DNA of 63,777 nt, the filler included, from Lenisia limosa (Eukaryota > Protista > Breviatea), in NCBI GenBank assembly GCA_001655205.1. It is 10 parts of 10 records of this genome, joined end to end, with 100 filler letters (N's around TTAATTAATTAA, not from the genome) between each part and the next. Parts side by side here need not be neighbours in the genome. Positions count along the whole stretch, not along the records: positions 40,808 to 63,777 come from LPNZ01004387.1; 9 more parts are not named here. One strand, 5' to 3'. Both the position numbers and the translations under genes were made by a program. This document shows positions 49,185 through 59,809 of the stretch, one piece after another. The notes under the pieces were generated by a model. It was not told the origin of the DNA and made no database searches. It worked only from the letters and a program-made list of their open reading frames with translations. The stretch's first letter is position 1; the number at the start of each line of letters is the position of its first letter.

Positions 49185-52100
49185 TTACATGTGCCCCTTG
49201 CCGCCGCAGTTAGGGCATGTAATGTAATCCTAGATTGATAAAATGGTTAATGAAAGCCCCTTAGCAAAGCGGCCAGAATAATAATGTAATAGCGGACAAT
49301 TGTATATGTGAAGAAACAAGAAAATTGAAAAAACAGACAGTGAAACGAATTGTTGTCAATATGATGCAATTGCTTACGCTGTGACCGTCATAAACTACGC
49401 CAGTTCCACGACATGTTGGACACTATATTGTTCAAATTATGACAATTAAAAATCAGTTAACATAATGGTATTTCAAAGTAAAGGAGAATGAATGGCGTTA
49501 CATATAATATGGTAGTATGTTTGTAATGTTAATAAGGTGAGAAAGCCATTGCAGAACATTACAATTACCAAAAATCAATATACAAAGAATATACTAATAT
49601 GATATGTAGTTATCATATGTATAATACATGTATTAACTTTCTGATATGTATTGAGGGATTACCAAAACAATGCTGATTAACATTAAAAGCTATATGATAT
49701 AGTCTAGCACTTCCCTACGGTCCCAAAAAAGACCGAATTTCTCGATAAATTCTCGATAAATATCACTATTCTACCTATCTTTTTTGGATCGTAGGGACGC
49801 CCTATTATCATATTGTGTTTTGAAAGAGTATTATATTACATCCATGAGGTATGAAAACAAAACAAAACACCACTTACTACTGGGGTTCCCTGAGGAAGAT
49901 AACTTTGTCCTCCGCATCCAGAGCAGATTTCACGAGGCCCATCAAATGCTAAATCTGGTAAAGAGAATAAATGTTGTATTCTGCCATATTGTTAGTAAAT
50001 AGCTTGTTAAAGCTGTCCACACCATCGTTAAATGTATATATATACATGTAATATATAGTATTTGATCGAGGTTGTCCAGATAATAATGTAATTTTCTCGT
50101 AATCCCCGATCAACTTTTCTTTGTCCAGCCTTTTCCTTTGCATTTGTAACAGTTAATTGTGTCTGAAGGCACCTGCCCCAGTCCCTCTGTAAACATAAGA
50201 GGATGGAAGGTGAAACTAATCAAAAAGTTTAAGGTGTAATAAGTATAGGATAGAAACCGTTTTTCTTACCGCATGCATGGCAAGTTACGTAGGAATGGCA
50301 CGGAAAAGAGTCGTCGCTACATACCTTTCCTGAAAATGTTAACCTAAATGACAAAGATGTGACCAAAATGATATTGTGACATTCTCAGATTCATTTGTTG
50401 AGAGCAGGTAGACAATTCATAAATAATTACTTTTTTTATGACATTCCATGGAGTTGTCTATGGATTTCAATATCCACAACCTCATCCATAATTGTCCAAA
50501 AATAGTCGCAAAACTGTCATTTTGTATTTTTGCATCCCCTTTCATATTGTATAACACCACCATGTAGTCATACCAAAAGCCAAATCCCTGCCAATGGAAG
50601 CGTCTATGAAGATACTCTGTCAAGCAAAGCCACCGCACCATTGTAATCACCGGTGTTGTTAAGAGATGAACCAACCTGCTCCTTACTTCTAGTGCTATTG
50701 TTTTTGAAGGGATATGTTTATATTGGCTAATGCTGTCCAGGCTAATTTGCGCTTTTCCATTTCCTTCACACCTTTTCCGTTGCAAGCAGTACAGAGTCGA
50801 CCAACATCACAGGTTGGCCCCGCCCATCTAAAGCACATTACAACAAATGACATTGTTCAGGAGATCACATAATTAATTAAAAACAATACAGTTGAGAAAA
50901 TAAAAACAATTAAAGGTTTGAAACAGTTAAGGAAATCAAATGGTTTTACAAATAACCAGTTTAACAAATCAAACCTGTAAAACAGCAAAGATAATACACA
51001 TTACTACTGGGATATAAATAGGAAGGGTTATAACTAGGGCTTCCTAGCGGTCCAAAAAGACTGTGAAAACATTGATATTTATCGAGAATTTATCGAAAAA
51101 TTCAGTCTTTTTGGGATTGTATGGAAGCTTTAAGTTTAACAAATCCCGAACACCCGTGGAGGCAATCGTTGCATGCGGGTCCGTCATAATGCTTATGAGG
51201 CTGGCACTTGCAGGAATCTGGAGCAGTGCATGAACCATGCTGGATATGTCATTTATAGGCTTTATACAAATTAATTTATGTACTATTGGGGCTTCCCTGC
51301 GATCGGAAAGAGTCCAATACCATAATGATACTTTTTAACAATTTTTCGAAAGTTATCCCTAAATTATATTTACTTTCTTGACATATATGTGTTACACTCA
51401 CTTTCTTGTTAAATAAGTACATAAAAAATATTTTCGTGTGAATTTTGGATAGTGTTCTTTGTGGCAATGGCCCAGAAAGTGATATGTTATTCTTGATCAA
51501 TTCAAGTCAAAATAAGAAAACGAGGGTTCATTTCGATTGTATCATAGTATCAAAGAGAATTATCAATCTCTTATCATACGAGTATCACTTCATGGAAAAG
51601 GAAATTTCACATGTGTGACAATAATCAATAAAATGATATGATAGATTACATGTGTAAAAATGACACAAAAGTTGATGAAAATCCCGCTTACCACACAGCC
51701 TTGAGTACAGACGGGTGATTTGCAGCCATCTCCACCCCAGCCATGCTCCCAGGACTCACAATGTTTTCCCTGAATGTCAGAAATGGCAATGAAGTGGCGA
51801 ACTGAAAAAATCCTTTCGCTCGCATACTGTATGGTGACTATCACATTGGCACTGGTTTGGTGATATGCATTTTTGACCAGAGCAGCCTCCAGTACAAACC
51901 TAAAACGGTTAGATATTACATATAATCATCATATTCTAACTCGATACGATACATCCCATTTTCAGTCAAAATGATGGGGGAAATAACCTTAGAGTCCATC
52001 CCAAGTGTATCAGAGTGCCTGAGTCGGCCAATTATTATAGGGGTTACCTATCGTGTGGAAAAATTGTTCACACAAGTGACAATGACCCAAAAGAAGTGAT

Positions 52101-55100
52101 ATGGTGATGAACATAAGCCAACCGCAGTTTTACAATGGTCACCAGCCCAGCCAGTCTTGCACTTATCACAGCTGGTACCAACAATGTTGACGTTTTCTGA
52201 AGATGTAAATCAAATCTCGATACAGCGCAAAAATAATCATATTGGTGTAGTTGTTACATTTTTTCTCAAATTTCAACTGAAAAAATTACTTCTCAAGTAC
52301 TGCCAACCAGAAGAAATGATCTCATTCTTACCACTTGGGCTTCCTTATTGTCCAAAAAAGAATAGTAATATCTTGGTGTATCACAGGTTTATCGAGACAT
52401 TCAGGCTTTATTCGGACCACAGGGAAGCCCTACTTACCACAAGTACAAAACGTAGCAGGCTTTTTGCATGAGCCTCACTTGCATGTCGGGCAAGTATCCA
52501 TATCTGTCCACTACAAATATCAACAGTTTATTCACTCACCCTTATCAATAGTTCAATTCTTCAGCCTAGCCAACCTTTTTCACAGCTTGTTTAACATAGT
52601 TCTCCATGTTGGTCTGGAATAATTTAATAAGAAAATCATAGGAGTTTGGTATAGTCCTCACTAAATTCTAACTTTAAGAATTTTCCTCTTAATCTGGGAA
52701 AATCCTAGTTGTTGATGAAGAAAAAATCAAACATAAGCTTCCATTTACCTGGAAAATGGTCCGCACTTTCTCGTTCCCAATCAGTGCTGAAATATCAGCT
52801 AAGGCGAATGTGATCACAACGGGACGAGACTGAACCGTCTTTTTCCAACCCGTGGAGTTTGTCTGAGGTTATGAGAACAAGAATGATGAATGTACATAGT
52901 AATATATAATCAATTTACTACAAGCAAAAACTAATAGAAACAAAGCAATCTGATTGTAGTTAGTTACTTGGTAACTGAAAACATTGGGTTTCAAAAGAAA
53001 TACATATATCATAAGTATATCATATTTATATATCGAGAGTTAAAAAATCGAACATATATAAATATTTTAAAGTAAAGCTTCCCTTTCGGTTTCAAGAGTT
53101 AATTTTTGAAAATTCTGTCTCTTGAAACCGCAAGTGAAGCTTAAATTTTTTTTAATGTTTTTTTATGTTTGAGGTAGCCAACACCATGCATAACCAATGT
53201 TGAAACAAAATATAAGTTTGGCACCAACGAACAAATCCAATTCTGTTTATCAGGTGTATCCAAACTACTCACCACCCTAGGCCTAAAGCAGCATCTCAAG
53301 TTGGAATTTTGGCCAAAAATACGACTTCATCGTTATTTTGAGTTTGAAATTGAAAACGGAAGTTATTTTGTTTCCAAAAATAGAAAAATATAAGAAATAT
53401 GAACACAATTTTATTTTTTGTTTTGACATTATGTGGTTTTTGATGATAAATATGATAAAAAGTTATCAAAGTTCAAAATCCTTTCGTGGAAGTTCGGAGA
53501 TTTGAAATGAAATTCTGGGTTCCTTAAGTGGGATGATGTGACAGTTCTACCCACCGCCACTATACGTAGCAATTGGCATTGGGGTCTACCCACCACCATA
53601 CGTAGCAATTGGCATTGGGGTCGCCACCGTCGCACCGGAGGCCAGCATTGTGCGTATTGGCTACCCATCCCTAAATGGTCACTCATAACGACAGCATACT
53701 TTTGGGGAAAATATACAGTGACCAGGATAAGTCTTGACCAATTTTCTTGATGATTTCCTCAGGAATATTGGTCAAGACTTATCCCTGTCACTGTATGTCT
53801 CTATGTATGATGGTACACTATATTATTAGACTTATCATGCTCATTGGCAACCCCCCTCCCTGATACAAAAGCTCGGGACCCCCAGAGTAGCTTTCGCTCT
53901 AAATGACATTTAATATTTATCGAGAATTAATCGAGGATTTATTCTTTTTTGAACACTATGGCGTATCGACTTGGGATTCCCTGTTATTATCTGGGAATCT
54001 CACACATTTCTTCGAATATCATAATAATTAGGTGGGATTACCATGAAAAATACGGAAATTCCAACGTTTTCACAAGATTCCCCAAGTCGATTCGCCGAGT
54101 GAACGCTCTTTGCTCTGTAATCTTTTTTCCGCAGGGACCTATGGTTACTTTAAGCGTTAAAAAATCGCAACTTGGTTTTGCTGCTGCGTAAATCATAATT
54201 TTGAAACTTATTAGTTTTTTTAAACAAAGTCCTCAAAAATCGAAAAATTGAGGAAGCATAGGTAGAAAGGGACCTATTGAAAATGTCTAAAAGCTTCAAA
54301 AATGTTGAAATAAAATTCAGAGGAATGCAGCATTTCATTATGTTAACCCAATATGGCTTAACCATAATTTCAATTCCAAATCTCACAGGTGTATGTGTCT
54401 TCTTTTCTCCTGTTGTTCGTTCGATAAAGTCATTTCTGGCCTCTTGTACAATTTGCTCCATCTTATACATTAATTATTTTGAAAGAACTTATTTAACAGA
54501 AGCAAAGGGTGCAAAACAATAATAAATCGGACTCGCTTAAAGGGGATCATAATCAGAGAAATAACTTACTCTTATACATTACAGTACGAACTTATGTTTT
54601 CAATTTCTACTTAGCCGTTTTCAATATCATACTATTTAACAAAACAAGTCACCAATTCTTTTGATTTACATTCGGTTCATTTTATTGAATAATTGATATT
54701 TTGCAAAACGAACTTATGTTCTAAGGACCCGTCTCTTACCGTGAAAGGTTCCCCATGAGGTCCGACATTGCTGTGCATAATGTCCGTGTTGAAGTTGATT
54801 GCGGACTCTACAATCCCACCATCCATTGTTGAGGCCATGAAGCTTGTTCCCCAGTACTGCAAGAGTTAATTAATATACTATCTATCATATACGATATCAT
54901 ATACTACTACATACAGTACATATGTTATAGTATATAAATATAATATGATAGTTTACATTAAATTAAAAAGTGCAACCATCATAATGTGTGGTATTGTATC
55001 AAATAGTAAATGCAAAAGTGTGAATTTAATATGATGAACAAATTACTTTCATTGTAGCACAATTTTTACGTATTTAGATTGTTAGCCCCCACCCCTACTT

Positions 55101-58100
55101 TTAATAATGCTGAAAAACTTACTTCCATATTCGTATCACATATCACATCTTATCAACAAATTATTCACCAAATGTATACCCAAAAAAAACGCAATTTACC
55201 CAAATGTGAAAATTCGGGAATCAAGCTTGGGTGGGGCTCATCTTGTGAAGCAGTATGAGACGGTATTATATTTGTTGGATAGGGTGGGGGTATTGATCGA
55301 ATATATTAAATGAAGTATATTATATCCTTCCCGTTTACCTTAATAAAACGTTGGTAGACTTCAAGGTCATCAGCTGAGTTGAGCGTTGGCGGCAGCGATA
55401 GTACCGCTTGCTTGCAGAACGGGTCAAGGTCAAATATCCACTCCTAAAACGTTTGAACGAAATTCCACGTGCTCATTTCTGTCTCCAGCTGGGCTTTAAA
55501 CCTTTTTTGAGCATTAAAAAAGTAGTTTATCATATTATGATAGAGATAAGTGAAACCGGGAGTTTTGTTAGAATATACACGCCTCATAATATGGACTACA
55601 GCGCACTGACTTGGTTCCCCATTCATTTCCCTCGTAGCAATGCATTTTTTTAAAAAAAGAAAACACACCTTTGTCTTCGGGTCCTTTTGAAGTTTGAGCT
55701 GGTAAAGCTTGTGATGGTTCTAAAGAGATGAAGTCTTTGTATCATATGCCGTTAGATCATTTGATTATATCGTGTATTTTTTGGATCAATTTCAACCGTG
55801 TGAACTATCATTCCAAGTAGAGATAATATATCATATCAACAGTGACCGACAAGTCTCAATGATACTCTGATACTCGGGATGAACTATCGGGTATTAATGG
55901 GGAAAAGTAAAGCACTTATCCCACCACCCCTCTTTGGGCAAACCTGTGCCACTGTAAGACCGTAGTTGCCACTAAAGAACTGACGATTAACTTTATCAAA
56001 TGAATCTTGGTCGACAAAGATGCCGGATATACCTAACAATGATCAACCATTCCTATTAGCCTCCTTGCAATTGAAAAAGTAATTTGAAAAGTCCATTTCA
56101 GACACTTTAATTTTTACTGTCAATTAGTTTCCTCAAAACAATAATTGCACGGCAGCCACCATTTAGAGGCTTCCATGCAATTGAAAGCAATATACTTATC
56201 ATTATTGTTGGAAAACTACTCATAACTATTCCATTATGACTTGCAAAAAGCCCCGGCTATTATCAGTGGAATCCCTGGTGATTCAAAAATTAGTCTGGTT
56301 TGCCAATTATGTTTGCTAATGAAGGAGGAAAGTAGTCTCCTGTTTTATCGCAATTAGTAGGCAAAAGACCAGCGTACCTAAACCACTTTGGCCCCATGCA
56401 AGAACGCTTTTGACATAGTGCACAATGTTGTCAAAGGCAAGGACTGCCATTTCTGGAATGTCCATCCCAGTCGAAGATGGCTCAAACATAGCCTATTCAA
56501 ATTAATTAAATTTATCATCAGTTGCAAATTAGAAGTATCAGTCTAACACATTATTGCCATTTTTTGAGTGGACATATTCTTTTTTCAAAAGGTGTTAATA
56601 TATTATAAGTACTAAAGCCGTCCACACCATTACATTGCAGGTGTTTACAGTCATGATATGTATTATGTATCTCTTCGGTCCGAAAGGCTGAAATTTCAAC
56701 AAATCCTTGATAAATATTGTTATTTATCAAACTTTTTTCATACAAGCCTAATTTATTATGTATTGAGCTCTTAAACAATGATGCTCACCTGGTCTGGAAG
56801 ACGATAAACTTGACCAAAGACGTTGGCCCATGACCGATTCGAACCAAAAGTCAATTCAACAACTAAGAACAGTAAAACGTTGTCAAAGTGACACCGTTGT
56901 CTTCACAACAATCACAATCTTTGTGCCTCTTCTTTGGGCACTTTTTAAAGAATTGTTTTTGAGTCAGTTTATGTGTTCATGATTCATAAATTGAATGTAT
57001 ACTGCACTGTACAAAAAGTGAAATTGCTAAGATGATTTTTTACTTATTAAATACATGGACCTCCAATATTGATTGAATAGAAGTTAATTATTTACACAAT
57101 TAAAAGGTACGTATTTCAGCATAGTATTTTACAAAAGTTAAGGATTTCGTAAAAGCAGTATTTCACAAAACCAAGCACTTCACACATTCTAAGATTTCAC
57201 AAAAGCTAAGTAAAGGCAAAAACCAACCAGGTAACTTGACGTTTCCCGTAGTAATGTCAACTCCCATTCCAACCATGGCTGGAAGAGGCTTTTTGATTAA
57301 AAAGTTTGAAAGAAAAACTACTTTCAAATGACTGTTTGTATATTATAAGAGATGAGAAGTCAAAGAAGGTTGCCTCAAATATCTGATCGAGGCAGTCTAA
57401 TATCACCGTATATGATGATATCAACGAGAGCGAGGGCTCACAAGAAACCAAAGTACATACATGGATTTTTTGGAGGTCTTTCTGATGTTTTGTGCTATTG
57501 GTGGCAAATATGTCAAGCTGCTGAAGGAGTTTATTCTTTGGAGCTGACTGCCATTGTTCACAAAAGTCACCTGGAGTATCAACAAATTTCAAGGGTTTAT
57601 ACGTTTATTTGGTTTAATTTGAACTTTCAATTGTGGATATATTTATATTATGATATATGTATAATAGCAACGGAGGGGAAAAGCTAAGGAAAGAAGACGG
57701 AAGTACATTCAGGGAGGGGGTTCCAAATTCACAATGTTGTTGTGTTTTTACTTTTTGTGGTACAATATTCCAGGAGCATATCCCTTGTACCTGTCCATCC
57801 AAGAAGGCAGCCATAGCACTTAGTACATTGGATATTGGGCACCCCTCCATGTTGACAAAGGTCGTCTAATATTGTTAACTCCATGCTTTGTTTTGAGACA
57901 TATGTTGACATAATTTAAAAAACCAAAAATTGATACAATGATAAATAATTGATAAATTAACAAAAAAGATAAACCACTGAATTGATAAATTAATAATTGG
58001 ACCATTTTCATACGACAATCTGGAGGGTGAAGCATGGCTTCCATGACATCAAAGACGGCTGAAGGTAATCTGAATGGTAACTAAAAATCTGAAGAATGCT

Positions 58101-59049
58101 CTGCCTGTCCAAATTGCATTGTTTTTATGTTTCTATATGTTTTAAAGTGTCGATAATATTATTTCAACCCACTCCATTGCCTTCCAGGAGTTGGCAGTTA
58201 AAGTTCTCAAAAGGGGAACGTCGGTATAGAGATTCTTGCGCAATACCAACACCACTGGGGCAATTTGAGACGAATAGTCCCAGTTTCCCTGGAATTTCAT
58301 TGTTCTGGATTATCGAATTCACCATAGAATTGAAGTAACAGGATTATGAGTACTCCATGCAATGCTATGTGTAATTTTTGAAATTTGAAGTGACATTTGG
58401 TAACTGGAACTCCGTTACCCCATCTCAGGTTGGGACAAATTATTTTCAAATTTGCCAATTATCGATTAATTAATGGAAGCAAATATTCTACAAAATACAT
58501 ACATATCTTAAGCTTGGTCAGATAAATGCAGTAATAAACTGTGCTTTGTTATCTGAAATGATTGTGATTTATGATTAGGGATGATTCATCTGAAAAATAA
58601 TAGCGAATTATGATGAGAGATTATTCATGTGAAAATTTAGGGGATGAGAGTGATGAACCCCATCACAAGTGACGAAAAAAGTCCAAATGATATTCTGACA
58701 TAGGCTTTTAACAGAATTGGATTCGAAATTTCTGAAACTTGCCTTTAGGATGGTGATGGTGATTAGTGAGTATGACTTGACCAATGAACGGACCAATATA
58801 GAAAGGCTTTTTCTTCCTCTTACCTCCTTCGCAACATCTTGGAAGAACTATAATGAGTGAGAACCTGATGGAGTATATGGGTAATAGTGTGAATAGAGAA
58901 AGGAATTTTTGAACCTCGGAGGGTTGCAACAAAATGCTGATGTCACCACTGACCTCTTCTAAGGTCATTTTATCGTAGTCAGGCTTATAAAGAGCAAATG
59001 CATTGCCAATTAAAGCTGCTGCACAAAGCAAGAGAAGCCATAACTTCAT
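49185..59049 (-). CDS. Large secreted protein with EGF-like repeats and C-terminal CxxCxGxG (DnaJ-type zinc-finger-like) repeats; gene continuity inferred
   Basis: Signal peptide MKLWLLLLCAAALIGNAFA (ATG 59049). EGF-type exons DDLCQHGG..CYGCLLGWT, SCDKCKTGWAGDHCKT, VCTGGCSGQKCISPNQCQC, HGWGGDGCKSPVCTQGCV, HGSCTAPDSCKC..GPACNDCLHG|WAGPTC. Then CTACNGKG, CYKCKGKG, CSGCGG, CPTCRGTG, CPNCGGKGHM*. Confidence 0.6.
49705..49804. mobile_element. MITE family 1 copy
   Basis: tagcacttccctacggtcccaaaaaagac ... atcttttttggatcgtagggacgcccta (imperfect TIRs). Confidence 0.75.
51035..51132. mobile_element. MITE family 1 copy
   Basis: tagggcttcctagcggtccaaaaagactg ... cagtctttttgggattgtatggaagcttta. Confidence 0.75.
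52335..52432. mobile_element. MITE family 1 copy with an intact 8-bp target-site duplication (cttaccac)
   Basis: cttaccac|ttgggcttccttattgtccaaaaaag ... ctttattcggaccacagggaagcccta|cttaccac. Confidence 0.85.
53073..53144. mobile_element. MITE related to family 1
   Basis: aagcttccctttcggtttcaagag ... ctcttgaaaccgcaagtgaagctt (24-bp imperfect TIR). Confidence 0.7.
53716..53793. mobile_element. MITE family 2 (Tc1/mariner-like), best-preserved copy
   Basis: ta|cagtgaccaggataagtcttgaccaat ... attggtcaagacttatccctgtcactg|ta; 27-bp TIR with 2 mismatches and TA flanks. Confidence 0.85.
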
Positions 59050-59809
59050 TCTCAACACTGCGCCTTTACCTATAACACTTGCCGAATACTCTTCTGCTGA
59101 CTCTTCCAAGACCCTTCTACACGAGTATTCTTCTTTTGATTGTTTTCTGAATTATTTGTTAACTAATGTGAATTTCCCTCACGAATCAACTAATTTGCCC
59201 TCGTGAATTCCCCAAGTCCGAGTCTCAGATTCATAACCTATGACGTGGCAAATCAGAATTTTTACAAATTCTCTACCCACTTTCTTTTGTAAGTCAAAGT
59301 ATAGAAACATTTGATCCTTTCATAATACATAAAAGCGGGATATTATGATATCAAGAACGCAAGGACAAGGGGGTTGCAAGGAGACCAAGCCTATGAGGCG
59401 TATAAATTCTAACCAATATAATCTATTTGTTTTTTTTTTTGATGAGAATATGATATTATTGGCATAGGTCACCAGGAGTTTCAAACTTATCAAAAAATGT
59501 TCCTCTTCAAAGAGCATCATTCAAGAAAAGCCTCTTGACAATTACTTTTCCAGTAGTCTAACAGCCTTTTCTAATTATCTGGACCAAGGGGGGTCACTCT
59601 CGACTTTTCGACCGAGTCAGGACTACTATTTTTTCATGTGCGAATTTCTGGGATATAAGGATATGGACCGAAAATAGGCACACCGTACAGCGCCACTGAA
59701 AATACGTTGCACACTTCGCCACTCAGCTATCTGTGAATCTCTGGTGGTTCAGAGGGCGGGCTGTGTGATCTTTATTGATTTGTCATATAAAGGCGAAGGT
59801 TGTGAGGAG

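Noticed and set aside
52555-52620. Stop-codon reassignment
   Set aside because: All well-recognised exons (PCMT1, SLC13, PP2C, dynein) translate without internal TAA/TAG/TGA, and SLC13 ends at a normal TAG. The stops here are better explained by decay.
56826-56850. GGTTCGAATC B-box-like motif on the minus strand as a tRNA
   Set aside because: No cloverleaf or A-box at the right spacing; it lies next to a predicted exon.
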